IMG/VR virus record: IMGVR_UViG_3300006871_000008
Span: 26,845 to 90,844 of that record
Strand: one strand, 5' to 3'
Source: a virus
Length of the DNA: 64,000 nucleotides
Shown in pieces: positions 38,996 through 49,796 of the stretch. The notes beneath the pieces were generated by a model that saw nothing but the letters and a program-made list of their open reading frames with translations, was not told the DNA's origin and did no database searches. Position 1 is the first letter of the stretch, and every line of letters starts with the position of its first letter. A program made the position numbers and the translations under genes.

Positions 38996-39868
38996 TTACT
39001 TCAATCCGAGAGCCTCCGGGTTCTCTTTTCGGATTTTGCGGTACTCGGCTGGCGTGAGTTGAGTCACGTCCACCTTTCCTTTACCCGGCTGGCGTGCGCC
39101 GGTCCCACTACTGCCACCCAGGCCACCCTGAGCATTTGACTTAAACAGGTAGCCGTATTCTTCCGGCTTCTGTTTCATCAGGCCCACCGCTTCGTCCGCA
39201 GTAATTACGGCGGTGAGTGGTTCATTCGTCTTGGAATCGACGGTCGGATAATGCACGCGAGGGGCCAACTCTCCCGTGGGTTTTCCTGTCGAGTCAAGAA
39301 CCGGAACCATCTTTGTCATTGGCTGCAAAATCGCAAGAATATGATCCGCGCGATATGCCTCCCCCTTGTTCGCAGCGTCCTGAATGGCTCGCCGGACTTC
39401 GGTAGATTCGTAACGATTTTTCCAAGAGTCCCGTTCCTCGGCCAACTGCTTCGAGGTTTTCGTGGACTCCACCTTGAATTTTTCAAATTCGTGTTTGGCC
39501 TGTTCTTCCTTGGTCCGGTATTGGGCCTGGAAGGATTCGAGGGCCGATTGCAACTCTTGTCGCTGCGACTCCGAGAGATTTTGATTCTCAAGTGCCGCCT
39601 TGTATTGTGTTTCCAGATTGGCAACCTGGGCTTGATGCTTTCGACGATCCTCCGCCAAAAACTTGTTTACATCATCTTGAGTGAACACGCGAGGTTTACC
39701 AGCAGCACCCGCCGCACCACCACCAGCAGCACCAGCAGCACCAGCAGCACCAGCCGCAGCCGCAGCCGCAGCCGCTCCACTACCATCACCTTCCCCGGCC
39801 CCGCCGCCGTCACCTTCACCATCGTACAGAGCCAGAACGGGAACAACCTTCCAAAGCAGATTAGACAT
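38996..39868 (-). CDS. Capsid scaffolding protein
   Basis: FTQDDVN, coiled coil, YLFKS..GGxG, LTPAEY; upstream of the capsid gene. Confidence 0.85.
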   Translation of the reverse strand: MSNLLWKVVPVLALYDGEGDGGGAGEGDGSGAAAAAAAAGAAGAAGAAGGGAAGAAGKPRVFTQDDVNKFLAEDRRKHQAQVANLETQYKAALENQNLSESQRQELQSALESFQAQYRTKEEQAKHEFEKFKVESTKTSKQLAEERDSWKNRYESTEVRRAIQDAANKGEAYRADHILAILQPMTKMVPVLDSTGKPTGELAPRVHYPTVDSKTNEPLTAVITADEAVGLMKQKPEEYGYLFKSNAQGGLGGSSGTGARQPGKGKVDVTQLTPAEYRKIRKENPEALGLK

Positions 39869-39954
39869 TTGCAGATTCCTAAGCCCTACTGAAACTTAAC
39901 TCAACAGACCCGTAGGTAAGGTCGTTGATCCCTTCCACAGACGGTGTGGTAAGG

Positions 39955-40476
39955 TTAAACGCGACTGAGTTTGATTCCACCCGGTTCGCGTAGAAAAGGT
40001 CGGAGATAACGCCAAGCCGTTGCGCTTGGCACGCCAGCATTCAAATGCTCTGGCGGATTGTGTGATCGGGAGTAAGTGGTTCGGACGCTCGAATAACCAT
40101 GCGAGATAATCGCCAGATTCTCCAACTCAATATCTGGATCGACTTCATCCAGCAAAGCATGGGCAATTTCGTAGCAGGCAATCTTGATTTCTTCGGGAAT
40201 GTTGGTGTCAGTGTCTCGCGGGAATTGCAACTCCTGCGTCAGACTTGCAGCATTGATAGCAGCTTGGTCCGGGACTTGTGTGGTCGTGAGGGTTTGGAGA
40301 TAGTCATAGACTGGTTTCTTGTAGCCCTTGAAGTTCAATCGGTCGATGATCTTCGTGGCCGCAATAAGCGACTTCTCTCGGTCGCCAGGACTGGCATCCG
40401 TCCAGGCCGCTTCATGCAGCCGAACATCGAAGTATGCCTGTGCTTCGTCGATTGTGACGTATGCTGTCATGTTCAA
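39955..40476 (-). CDS. Head-tail connector (DnaT-like) protein
   Basis: YVTIDEAQAYF..ATKIID..LQFPR..IPEEIKIACYEIA. Confidence 0.75.
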   Translation of the reverse strand: MNMTAYVTIDEAQAYFDVRLHEAAWTDASPGDREKSLIAATKIIDRLNFKGYKKPVYDYLQTLTTTQVPDQAAINAASLTQELQFPRDTDTNIPEEIKIACYEIAHALLDEVDPDIELENLAIISHGYSSVRTTYSRSHNPPEHLNAGVPSATAWRYLRPFLREPGGIKLSRV

Positions 40477-40479
40477 TCC

Positions 40480-42624
40480 TTAATTGACATAGGTAATTAC
40501 GATAGCGATTCCATCTGCACCAGCGCCACCAGTACCGGCGGTTGTGGGGTTGTTTGCACAACTCCCGCCGCCACCACCTGCACCAATCGCACCGCCGCTA
40601 CCGCCAGTCCGGGGCGTCGTAGTAATGAAACCACCGCCGCCACCCGCACCGCCCCAATAGTAGCCACTTGAGGCTCCACCATTTCCAGGTACACCGGCAT
40701 TTCCAACATTGCCGCCGACGCCGCCCGTAAATGTGGCGCTGGCAGAATTGCCACCAGCAGAACCTACCACGTTTGTATTAGTAGAACTGAATCCGCCACC
40801 GCCTCCACCGCCAGCCGCAGCACTTGTGTTGCTGCTAAGTGTCGTGGAACCGCCAGCGGTTGAGACATTGTTGCTATTGCCATTGCCGCCTGCACCGCCC
40901 GCTAACGCACCGGCACCGCCACCGCTACCAACTCCACCAGCACCACCTGCCGCTCCCGTAGTCGTGTTATTAGTTCCGCCACCGCCTCCACCGCCACCGC
41001 CAGCACTAAGAGTAATGCCAGCGCCGCCCGTACCGACAAAGGAACTTGCTGTTCCAGCTACTCCACCGCTACCATTGGTGTCATTGGTTGAGGCACCGGC
41101 ACCGCCAGTACCGCCAGTACCGCAAGTGATTGTGTCACCATCATTGAACAGTGCAGCGTTAAACAGTCCAGTAGTAAAGGCACCACCGCCTCCACCGCCT
41201 CCACCGCCGCGAGTTGAGCTAACAGCACCGCGACGACCGCCGCCTCCACCGCCACCGGCACCAATCAAAATAACTTCGACAGCCGTGGCCCCGGAGGGCT
41301 TTGAGTACGCTGCTGTGCCGCCAGTAGATACTACTTGAATGGCTACGCCATTCTGTCCGGGCGCACCTGTGTTACCTGTGTTACCCTTATCTCCCGCTCG
41401 CGCGAAAAACACCTTGACCGTATCGCCATTCGAGATAGTGCCAGTGCTAACTAAGTTGGTCACAGAAATCTTGTCGTAACTGCCCGCATCGGTGTTTGCA
41501 GCAACAATCGTAAAGACAATAAGATTCTGTGGCGCACCATCTTTCACAATTAGGATTTGACCACGATCAGTGAAGTTGGTGCTGTCGTCCCAACTCGCAA
41601 TCCAGTTAGCTAAACCGTTGCCATCCCCGTCAGTTTCATTGATGTAGATTTTTGTGACTGAGCCAATTGTGGCGTTATCAAATCGCAATTTGCCGGAACC
41701 GGGATCAGCGTCAGTTGTGCCGTTATCGAAGGTGTACTTGATTCCAGCATCGCGTCCCGCAGCACCCGTTGAGCCAGTCGAACCCGTTGAGCCAATATCA
41801 CCTGTGCGAATAAACTCAAGTTTGACGGGATCGTTGTTTGAGAACGTGCCATTAGAAACTACGTTGGCAACCGTCAAAGTGTCCCACGTCCCATTATCCG
41901 TCAAGGTTCCAGTTACGTTAAACAGTGCGAACTTGGCAGGGTTCGTATTATGCCGCATTAGGATTTGGCCCTTCACTGTGGAAGTGCTATCATCCCAAGC
42001 ATTGACATAGGCTCCTATTCCGTTTGCGTCCCCATCTGTTTCGGAAATATACAGAGCCGTGGCAGAAGCAAGAGTTGTGTTATTGAAACGCAAAGTTCCA
42101 GAGCCAGGATCGGCAGCGGTAGTTGTGGTGCTATAAGTGTATAGTAAACCAGCATTCCTACCATCGGCTCCATTAGACCCGTTGCTTCCATTGGAACCAT
42201 CATTGCCTGTATAAGAGGCCCAGATGCGAACGTAATCGCCGTTCGAGATTGATCCAGCCAGGATTTCGCCAACATTGAGTGTGTCCCAAGTACCGTTGTC
42301 AGTGTTGGTTCCGGTCACGTTGTAGATGAACAACGAGCCAGTTGATTCCACCATTATGTAAAGCCTAGCATGAACGGCATTGGTTGAATCATCCAAGGCA
42401 GCGAGCAGGCTTGCTACATTGTTTCCATCGGCATCTGTCTCGCTGATTGCGATTTGCGTGGCCGGTGGAATATTGAATCGAAACTTGCCGGAACCTGGGT
42501 CGGCAATTGTCGTGTTGGAATCATATTGAAACCGAATACCACCCGCTGCACCGACTACTGAATCGGCGGCGGCAACTTGCTGGACCTGACCAGCGCTGAT
42601 GATAAGGGGTTTCTTGATAGCCAT
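40480..42624 (-). CDS. Head fibre with three tandem domains and a glycine-rich tip
   Basis: Three DPGSGxxRF..ETDxDGN..DDST repeats with GxxGxx linkers; Gly-rich C-terminus. Confidence 0.75.
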   Translation of the reverse strand: MAIKKPLIISAGQVQQVAAADSVVGAAGGIRFQYDSNTTIADPGSGKFRFNIPPATQIAISETDADGNNVASLLAALDDSTNAVHARLYIMVESTGSLFIYNVTGTNTDNGTWDTLNVGEILAGSISNGDYVRIWASYTGNDGSNGSNGSNGADGRNAGLLYTYSTTTTAADPGSGTLRFNNTTLASATALYISETDGDANGIGAYVNAWDDSTSTVKGQILMRHNTNPAKFALFNVTGTLTDNGTWDTLTVANVVSNGTFSNNDPVKLEFIRTGDIGSTGSTGSTGAAGRDAGIKYTFDNGTTDADPGSGKLRFDNATIGSVTKIYINETDGDGNGLANWIASWDDSTNFTDRGQILIVKDGAPQNLIVFTIVAANTDAGSYDKISVTNLVSTGTISNGDTVKVFFARAGDKGNTGNTGAPGQNGVAIQVVSTGGTAAYSKPSGATAVEVILIGAGGGGGGGRRGAVSSTRGGGGGGGGGAFTTGLFNAALFNDGDTITCGTGGTGGAGASTNDTNGSGGVAGTASSFVGTGGAGITLSAGGGGGGGGGTNNTTTGAAGGAGGVGSGGGAGALAGGAGGNGNSNNVSTAGGSTTLSSNTSAAAGGGGGGGFSSTNTNVVGSAGGNSASATFTGGVGGNVGNAGVPGNGGASSGYYWGGAGGGGGFITTTPRTGGSGGAIGAGGGGGSCANNPTTAGTGGAGADGIAIVITYVN

Positions 42625-43106
42625 TACAGCTTAATCGGAGCAGTTGTGTCAATGTCCATTTCGGTGGCGCTGATCGCAAGGCCACACTTCACAACAAATT
42701 GTCCTGTGGTCGTTGGGGCTGTTTGAGTCAGCTTGCCTGCCGTACCAGCATCCAAGTAATAGACCGCACCCGGCGTCAAACCACCTGTTTCGCCAGTGAC
42801 AGCATCCCACTGTCCAGTCGTAGCAGCCAGCACGCCGTCTGTTTGGATGTTTCCAGAGGCCGCTGCCGCAATGGATGTATCGGCGACTAGGCCGAGAATC
42901 TGCACCGTACCTTGAGCATTAGCACGCCCCTTGTCCACGTTGCCATTTGACTTGACATAAACTGGCGCACCAATGACAATCGAACCAGCATTGTCATTTG
43001 TTTTGGCAATCACGTCAACTTCGGTGACGGACGCATTGAGCGTATCGCCAGCCTGTAGTTGCTCGATTTGGCCGTTCGTAATTACTAGCGGTTTCTTAGC
43101 TGACAT
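42624..43106 (-). CDS. Head decoration/cement-like protein (KKPL family)
   Basis: Paralogue of 50738-51220. Confidence 0.65.
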   Translation of the reverse strand: MSAKKPLVITNGQIEQLQAGDTLNASVTEVDVIAKTNDNAGSIVIGAPVYVKSNGNVDKGRANAQGTVQILGLVADTSIAAAASGNIQTDGVLAATTGQWDAVTGETGGLTPGAVYYLDAGTAGKLTQTAPTTTGQFVVKCGLAISATEMDIDTTAPIKL

Positions 43107-43110
43107 GGTT

Positions 43111-43650
43111 TTACAGTCGTATGACTGGTCCTATTTCAATGTCGAATTTCTTGGTATTTTGTGCCCGCCCGATTTTGACAACATAGTAGCCATCGGCTGT
43201 CGGTGCGGTAGTGGTCATCTTGCCCGGCGTGCTATCCAGAAAATAGATTGCTCCGGGAACCAAATCAGTGCTGCCAGTAATGCCTGACCAATCGGCAAGT
43301 TCTAGCGTGTAGTCAGTGTAGTAGTCCCCACCGACACCGACCAACGTATCGTTAATCATCAGCCCGGCAACTTGTGCAGTAGCAATCGAGTTGTTGGCGG
43401 CTTTCTGCAATCGACCAGTATTGTCGATGTAGATAATCTCACCTTCACTCAAATTCTCCGCAGCCTCGGCATTGTATGGGCTGGTTGTCCCGCCAATCAA
43501 ACCTTGTGCATATCGTTGTGTGGCAATGACTTCTGCAACGATTTGGTCGTAGGACGGATAAGCAGGGCCAGAGTCAATTTGTCGTGAGTCTCGATCAGCA
43601 GCAGTCCCGTCCCAGACTTGTGCTGGAAACTGTGCTTTGCGCTCAGACAT
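43111..43650 (-). CDS. Head decoration protein (WDG family plus cement-like domain)
   Basis: Paralogue of 51220-51732. Confidence 0.65.
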   Translation of the reverse strand: MSERKAQFPAQVWDGTAADRDSRQIDSGPAYPSYDQIVAEVIATQRYAQGLIGGTTSPYNAEAAENLSEGEIIYIDNTGRLQKAANNSIATAQVAGLMINDTLVGVGGDYYTDYTLELADWSGITGSTDLVPGAIYFLDSTPGKMTTTAPTADGYYVVKIGRAQNTKKFDIEIGPVIRL

Positions 43651-44498
43651 TAGTACCCTTTCTTGAAATCCAGAATATGCCACTTACCATTCTGGCCTTC
43701 ATAGATTACATCGAGGTAGCTGATTGACAGTGGACGATCCGAGGGTGTGACACTTTCATTCCCGTAATGGAAGCCGCTGCCCAGACTCAGGAATCGGCCA
43801 CCAGTTGCATCTTGCTGAATGCGAATCAAAATTCGCTTGCCATCTACGCCGTTGATCGGGGCCTTGAGGATTGAGTTTTCGAGCAGTAGGATATGGAACA
43901 GGTTGCCTTGCGAAGCGTCCACTTCGAGAACCTTGCAGCTATCGACTTTGATAAGTTCGACCGCATCGCCTCTTGGACCTTGTGGGCCGGGCGGTCCTTC
44001 TGGACCTTGCGGGCCTTGCACACCTTGCGGGCCGATTGGACCTTCAACGCCTCTTGGACCGAGGGGGCCGGGCGGTCCACCTGGATCGCCGGTATCTCCC
44101 TTCGGGCCTCTCGGACCTTGCGGGCCGGGTGGACCATGCGGGCCTTGGAATCCTTGTGCGCCTTGCAAGCCGACTCGACCCTCTGCTCCGGGTTCACCTT
44201 GCGGGCCAATTGGGCCGGGCGGGCCGGGCAAGCCTTGATCGCCTCGCTCGCCTTTGGGGCCAGCGGGACCGATTGGACCTTGCGGGCCGGGCGGACCACC
44301 GGGCGTGCCGGGGTCGCCTTTTGGACCTTGCGGGCCGGGCAAGCCGAGCGGAATGCGACCTTCGAGAATGGCCGACTCAATAGCCTGAATCTCGGTGGTG
44401 AGTACGCGCATGTCCCGATAGTCGGGGTTAATGGTGTCAGACGAATGCTGACGGTTGGGCGTTAGCCCGTCCCAGACTTGTTCGGGGAACTTACTCAT
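43650..44498 (-). CDS. Collagen-like fibre protein
   Basis: Long GPxGPx run; WDG N-terminus; [10 protein letters not shown]-domain. Confidence 0.85.
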   Translation of the reverse strand: MSKFPEQVWDGLTPNRQHSSDTINPDYRDMRVLTTEIQAIESAILEGRIPLGLPGPQGPKGDPGTPGGPPGPQGPIGPAGPKGERGDQGLPGPPGPIGPQGEPGAEGRVGLQGAQGFQGPHGPPGPQGPRGPKGDTGDPGGPPGPLGPRGVEGPIGPQGVQGPQGPEGPPGPQGPRGDAVELIKVDSCKVLEVDASQGNLFHILLLENSILKAPINGVDGKRILIRIQQDATGGRFLSLGSGFHYGNESVTPSDRPLSISYLDVIYEGQNGKWHILDFKKGY

Positions 44499-46267
44499 TG
44501 TGCCGCTCCTGTGTTCTGTCCGGGGCCGCGAACAGGCTTACCTTGTTTCTCTGCTACACCTTGATTCGGTGTGACTGCCGCATCCGGGACGCCTCGCGCC
44601 CCTGCGGTCGCTGGATTAACGCCACCGGGCGGTGTCTGCGACTTTGCAATCAGTGCCAGCCGATCTGCTTGATCCTTGCGAGCCTGTTCAACTTCGTTGG
44701 GATCATAGCCGCGAGCCTCCGAGGCTGTGGCTTGACTAACAAGACCATTGGTTAGGTCTTGTGTGATAATCAGCGAGTCACACGATTGATACTTGGCCTT
44801 ATCAACTTCGGCCTGCATCGCGGTCAATTCATCGGGAGAGAGTTTGCCACGAAGCAAAATGTCAATAATGTCTTTGTTGATTTGCTTCTGGAAAGACTTG
44901 CTTGGGACAGCAAACTTGAGTTCATTGTGATCTTTGGCTTCCTTCCGGCGTTCTTCATCCGTTTTGATACTGTACTGTTCGGGGTATTGAATGGTGGCAG
45001 CTTCACCACCTTCATACATCGACCAGAAGCGGGCAATTCGCCGTTCGCCATTTTCGAGTACCAATCCGATGTAGGACAGGCCAGATTCCAGGCCCGTTTG
45101 GTCGAGTTGCTTGGACTCAGCCGACGCCATCTTGGGATTGATATTTGTTACGGCAAGATTCACAAGCAGCCGAATATCCTCTTTCAACTTCTCTTGCAGC
45201 TTCATCGACGCATCCAGCGGTTCGCTGGAAGGGTGAATGAAGCCAGGACGTTCGGTGTTAATATCGTACTGACGGCCTTGCACCGGGCCAACCATTACTT
45301 CCTCATCCCGTGCTTGCTGGCTGCCGGTTACGGCTGCCGCATCAGGATTCAGATTCTCCATCAGATGCAGGCTGCCACCGCGCAAGTCCCGCTGCTCTGT
45401 ATAGAATGGGAAGTTGGCTTTAAGGGCGTAGGCTACGTCGCTGGAACCAAGATTCAACAGCGCGATTTGGTGATTCGCAACATCCTCGATAATCGACTGT
45501 CGAATATCCATGCAGACGAAGGGGATAGTTGTGATCGCCAATTCGATTGGTCCACCACCAACCAAACCATCTTGATCGGTCGGGGTAAAACTCTTGTCGT
45601 AGAATTGAACATTCACTTTGCCAGTGACCGGATCAATCCACAAGTGTCGGTAACGCTCGACTTCACCAAAGGCTAACTGCGTCAACGGATCATAGTCCAC
45701 GCAACGGTCACGCAGTAGGATGGAGCGATAGTGGTCAGGCTCTTGAATCGAGACGCTCGACCATGACAAAATATCTTCAACGCGATACAGGTACAAGTAC
45801 GGGCGAACCGACGTTGCATCCAGAATCGAGGGGTTTTCCGGCAGCGGAGGATTGTCAACATAAATGCCGACACGCCCCATCACCAGTAGCTCCGGTAGCA
45901 CTTCCTGTCCAAGAAATGCGTTCATCGTCGAGCCACGCATGTCCACGCCGTTGTCAAGTCCCTGTACCGCAATCTGGTATGACTGAGAACCACCCTTCCG
46001 CGTAATGTCGGTCATTCGCTGGAAGATGCTGTTCTTAATGTCATTGACAGCCGCTTTGGCAAAGGCAGGGACCGGGGTGATAGACCTTCGGTCACGGAAA
46101 TCTTGCAGACGTTCGCGCGAGCTAAATTTCTTGAGGTATCGAGCAACGAATTCGTCGCCGCCCTCATAGGCTCGCCGCCACTTGTCCCAATCCTTGAGGC
46201 GTGCCAGATACTCTGGATGCCGGGTTTTGGGTACTTTGATTTGGTCTGTCTTTGGCTGCGCCATCAT
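44495..46267 (-). CDS. Portal protein
   Basis: Directly downstream of TerL; HPEY..W..AYEGG..YL, IPFV, AESKQLD. Confidence 0.85.
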   Translation of the reverse strand: MMAQPKTDQIKVPKTRHPEYLARLKDWDKWRRAYEGGDEFVARYLKKFSSRERLQDFRDRRSITPVPAFAKAAVNDIKNSIFQRMTDITRKGGSQSYQIAVQGLDNGVDMRGSTMNAFLGQEVLPELLVMGRVGIYVDNPPLPENPSILDATSVRPYLYLYRVEDILSWSSVSIQEPDHYRSILLRDRCVDYDPLTQLAFGEVERYRHLWIDPVTGKVNVQFYDKSFTPTDQDGLVGGGPIELAITTIPFVCMDIRQSIIEDVANHQIALLNLGSSDVAYALKANFPFYTEQRDLRGGSLHLMENLNPDAAAVTGSQQARDEEVMVGPVQGRQYDINTERPGFIHPSSEPLDASMKLQEKLKEDIRLLVNLAVTNINPKMASAESKQLDQTGLESGLSYIGLVLENGERRIARFWSMYEGGEAATIQYPEQYSIKTDEERRKEAKDHNELKFAVPSKSFQKQINKDIIDILLRGKLSPDELTAMQAEVDKAKYQSCDSLIITQDLTNGLVSQATASEARGYDPNEVEQARKDQADRLALIAKSQTPPGGVNPATAGARGVPDAAVTPNQGVAEKQGKPVRGPGQNTGAAQ

Positions 46268-46272
46268 CCACC

Positions 46273-47988
46273 TTAGAGGAAAGCTGTAATACTGCGAGCG
46301 GAGGCAACCGCAGCCGCGAGAGGCAAAGCAATCTCGGCATAGGTCTGGGCGTGGGCGTAGTGGTCCGGCCCTGTCTCGACGTAACGGGCAACTACGTTCC
46401 CATCATCGTCCGTTTCATAGCGTCTCGCAGGCGCTTTAATTTGCTCTTTGTACTCGATTGGGGTGTCTTGGGGTAGATCAATTGACCCGTTGTAATACCG
46501 GCCAAGCGTTGCATCCAGCCAACTCGTCCGGTCAACCGTAGCCATTGGCGCTCCGGTTTCTTGCTCGGAGAGGGCAATTTCCTTACCCACAACGCCACGA
46601 CGGTAACGGCAAAGTGTCACGTATCCTGGGAAGCGTCGAGCAAAGCGGCGGGCATCGTTAATGTTGGGGTCGGCATCCAGCACGCAATGCCGCACCTGCC
46701 ATTCCCGCATCAGCCGGTCGAATTGAGGGAAGTCACCCTCAGCAACCTTACCCATCCATAGAACCTTACACTTCGCATTGGCATTCAAATCGTAGCCGAG
46801 CCGGTCATAGGTCCACTCATTTACCACGACATAATGCCATTTACCTTGGTCGATGCCCATTGTTATGAGTCGCTTGCCGCCAACAGCCGGGCGTGCATCA
46901 CTCAATCTATGCGAACTTTTCGCAATAGCCGCCTCAATATGCTCGTCTCGAACCTGGGCATCTGAGGCTAAGTAGGCTTCACCTAGTTTTGAGTTCTTGA
47001 ATTCCTGCATTGCGACTTCTGATCGGAGGCCAAGCAAGTATCGTTCTGCGATTTCTGCCGGGCTGATCGTCGCGCTGTAAAGCTGATTGATATGAAAGCC
47101 ACGATGGTCTGGACTATTGCCACTGGTAGCTTCCCATTGGCCGGGTTGTAAGTAGGCAGCTTTGCCCTCATCAATCCATCCATCCTCGCCAGGAATACGG
47201 CCAGTCTCATGCGTGCTAAGAGTCGTCTTGCACTCATAGCAAAGTAGTCGAGAACGAAACCGATCAGGGTCATTAGGTGTTTCACCGCAAACCTCAAAAC
47301 TCTCCGGCCATTTGAGTTCGATTTTCTTGCCACAGTGCGGGCACGGAAAGAAAAAGTGTTCCTGCGTGCTTCGCTGGTACTGCAAGTCGATTCCAAAGCC
47401 AGGAATCGTTGGGGTCGAGAGCATGAATACATGCTTGTGAATCTGGCCCGATAATCGTTCAAGGGCCAACCCAACTGACTTCTCCCGCATTTCGTCAAAT
47501 TCGTCCAGAATCAACTCTGAGACGGGGATCGACTTCAAGCCTGATTCGCTGTTAGCGCCACGGATGTAAAGAGCCGCCCCGGCAGCCTGCTTCAAGTCGA
47601 TTTTGTTGGTGTCAGAGAACATCCCCGCAAGGTACGGGCTAAGTTCTAATGCACCACCAAAGCGAACCGCTGAGAAGTCGGCGGCATCGGGCACTTTCGT
47701 TGGAAGAACGTACAGCACCGAACGGCGATGTACGTCAAGGGTGAACAATGCTCGATTGATTGCTACTTCTGTGAAGCCTGCCTGTGCCGATTTCTTTGCC
47801 GTCATGTACGGGCAATCGGCGTCGTGAATCTCTCTGCACCACGGATGATACTTGAACGTGTACGGGCCGGGAACAGGCGCACCCATGATTCGCCGTGCTT
47901 GTGCCCATTTGCTGCAACTGGTCAGCGTCTTATTTCGTAAACCAGTAGCGATTGCAAGCCTTATCTCATCAAACAGCTTGGTCGCCAT
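46273..47988 (-). CDS. terL: Terminase large subunit (lambda GpA-like)
   Basis: KSAQAGFTE, LDEFD, STPT, CPHC/CYEC, GFHINQLYS, GIDQG, DHYAHA. Confidence 0.93.
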   Translation of the reverse strand: MATKLFDEIRLAIATGLRNKTLTSCSKWAQARRIMGAPVPGPYTFKYHPWCREIHDADCPYMTAKKSAQAGFTEVAINRALFTLDVHRRSVLYVLPTKVPDAADFSAVRFGGALELSPYLAGMFSDTNKIDLKQAAGAALYIRGANSESGLKSIPVSELILDEFDEMREKSVGLALERLSGQIHKHVFMLSTPTIPGFGIDLQYQRSTQEHFFFPCPHCGKKIELKWPESFEVCGETPNDPDRFRSRLLCYECKTTLSTHETGRIPGEDGWIDEGKAAYLQPGQWEATSGNSPDHRGFHINQLYSATISPAEIAERYLLGLRSEVAMQEFKNSKLGEAYLASDAQVRDEHIEAAIAKSSHRLSDARPAVGGKRLITMGIDQGKWHYVVVNEWTYDRLGYDLNANAKCKVLWMGKVAEGDFPQFDRLMREWQVRHCVLDADPNINDARRFARRFPGYVTLCRYRRGVVGKEIALSEQETGAPMATVDRTSWLDATLGRYYNGSIDLPQDTPIEYKEQIKAPARRYETDDDGNVVARYVETGPDHYAHAQTYAEIALPLAAAVASARSITAFL

Positions 47989-48148
47989 CGGTTGTTCCTG
48001 TCAATTGGGCTGGTGGGCCGCTTCTCTTGCAAATTTGGCGTGAGTGTGTTGCGGTTGTTCCCTACCAGCCCTTGATTTCCTAATCCCCACCCGGTCCTTC
48101 CAACAACGACGCACTCAAACCCTTTGTGCGTTAGAAAGGTCCAACCAT

Positions 48149-48565
48149 TTATCGGCGGGTACGCGATTTCTTGTCGCTCGCGGGTATTAGAGACTCCGCC
48201 GCCTCTACGACCTCCGGTTGGGCGTCATCCTGACCATCAGATTCCAACCCATCTACCGGGTGGGGATCAGTGATTTTCGTTTCCGGGGCCAAATCGGGCA
48301 GCCCCAAATTCTTCGCCGTAATATCGTAGGCGTGCCAGATGCCATCAGCACGGGCAATCGCACGATATTCTGGTGCTTCCTTATTGCCTCGCTCGTCGGC
48401 GGGCGAATGCTCAAACCGCGCATCTTTCAGTCCGGCGTATCCTTCAATGTCAATGTCATCGCCGAAATACTCGCGCTCGATCAAATGTTCTTCGATGTAT
48501 CGTTCGCCTGAATAGACGGTCAGGCTGTGGCATTTGTTGCTGTGGGGTGGTAATGTCAGAATCAT
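48149..48565 (-). CDS. Hypothetical protein
   Basis: ORF in the operon. Confidence 0.55.
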   Translation of the reverse strand: MILTLPPHSNKCHSLTVYSGERYIEEHLIEREYFGDDIDIEGYAGLKDARFEHSPADERGNKEAPEYRAIARADGIWHAYDITAKNLGLPDLAPETKITDPHPVDGLESDGQDDAQPEVVEAAESLIPASDKKSRTRR

Positions 48566-48801
48566 TGTGGCCTCTGTTCGAGTTTGCGAATTAGGTCGCC
48601 AAGGTCAGTATGGATCAGTCGGAGTTGTGTGAGCGGATCGCCCGGCAACTCGGCATCAGCATAGTCCTTTGCAACCCGATAAATTCCTTCCATGCCCTTT
48701 GTCAATTGATTCCAAAGCCTTTGGCCTTCGGCTTGAGAACTCAGGATTCGTGTCGTTTCGCGTGGCCCCGTCGAGGGCACAAAACCGCCATGCGCTCCCA
48801 T
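48562..48801 (-). CDS. Hypothetical protein
   Basis: Probable start MGAHGG just after the upstream stop. Confidence 0.5.
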   Translation of the reverse strand: MGAHGGFVPSTGPRETTRILSSQAEGQRLWNQLTKGMEGIYRVAKDYADAELPGDPLTQLRLIHTDLGDLIRKLEQRPQ

Positions 48802-48802
48802 T

Positions 48803-49183
48803 TTAATCTCCGAAGAATAGCGGTGAGACTTTCGACGACTCGGACGGTTCATCGGCTGGCGGCTTGTCATATTGAAGGAACAGCAGGGCAATCTTGATAA
48901 TGATTGGCAGCCAAGTCACAATCAGGTCAATCCAGTGCGACCAGTCAATGTCGCCCGTCGTGGCGGATTCGGGGTCGTAGGCAAGCAATTCTTCTCGGCA
49001 ACGATCTTCAATCCGGGACATGATTGGATTCATGTAGTACCGGCCACCCCGCTGCGACCCCTGCACAATGTCATAGAGCAGGTAGGCATCGGAACCGTTT
49101 ATATGCCCGTTACGCCATCCGCGCCAAATGGCACGGCGTAATGCTCGCCGGAAAATAAGAGCCGGGCGTCGAATAATCGCCAT
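48803..49183 (-). CDS. Small protein with basic N-terminus and an amphipathic/TM helix
   Basis: IDWSHWIDLIVTWLPIIIKIALLFL. Confidence 0.65.
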   Translation of the reverse strand: MAIIRRPALIFRRALRRAIWRGWRNGHINGSDAYLLYDIVQGSQRGGRYYMNPIMSRIEDRCREELLAYDPESATTGDIDWSHWIDLIVTWLPIIIKIALLFLQYDKPPADEPSESSKVSPLFFGD

Positions 49184-49186
49184 CGC

Positions 49187-49774
49187 TTACTTTCCTTCAA
49201 GTTTGGATTCGAGGAACTCGCGGCTGTGACCAGCACCATTTCCGCGATACACAACCTTACCGTCTCGCACAACTGCGACAACCGGCACAGAACTAATGCC
49301 CCACGCATTTGCACTTGCCCTATCTTGGTCAATGTCCACTATGAAAACTTTGTGCTTACCGGCGTCTTTGATAGACTCGATGACCGGCTTTTGCGAGCGG
49401 CAAGGCCCGCACCACGTCGCTGTGAAATAGATCAGGTAGTCTTTGGGTTGAGCAGCGTTCTCACTCTTAGCCACTCCCGCTCCGTTTGTCGCCTTTGGCG
49501 CATCGTTAGAAACGGGCGTAGCCGGTTCTTTCTCAGCAACCTTCGCAGATTCCGTTCCTGGCGTTCCACTCTCCGCCGACGCAGTTTGTTCGGCCTCTCC
49601 GAGTCCAAGACCGTAATCAATCGCTGTAGCTGTTCGATCAGCCTCGACCACTTGAACGTGCCCCTCGACAGGTCCAGTAGAGTTGAACGAATGAGCCGCT
49701 TTAGGACAAGCCACGCACGCAGCATAAGCCACCGCCATCAGCATACAAGCGCTGTGTAAAAGCCAAAATTTCAT
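49187..49774 (-). CDS. Exported or membrane-anchored thioredoxin
   Basis: Hydrophobic N-terminus MKFWLLHSACMLMAVAYAA, low-complexity linker, FTATWCGPC, cis-Pro SVP. Confidence 0.88.
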   Translation of the reverse strand: MKFWLLHSACMLMAVAYAACVACPKAAHSFNSTGPVEGHVQVVEADRTATAIDYGLGLGEAEQTASAESGTPGTESAKVAEKEPATPVSNDAPKATNGAGVAKSENAAQPKDYLIYFTATWCGPCRSQKPVIESIKDAGKHKVFIVDIDQDRASANAWGISSVPVVAVVRDGKVVYRGNGAGHSREFLESKLEGK

Positions 49775-49796
49775 GGAATGACCCCCTAGCTGCCGA

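Noticed and set aside
40709-44465. Plus-strand Pro-rich and collagen-like ORFs
   Set aside because: Antisense shadows of the Gly-rich and collagen genes
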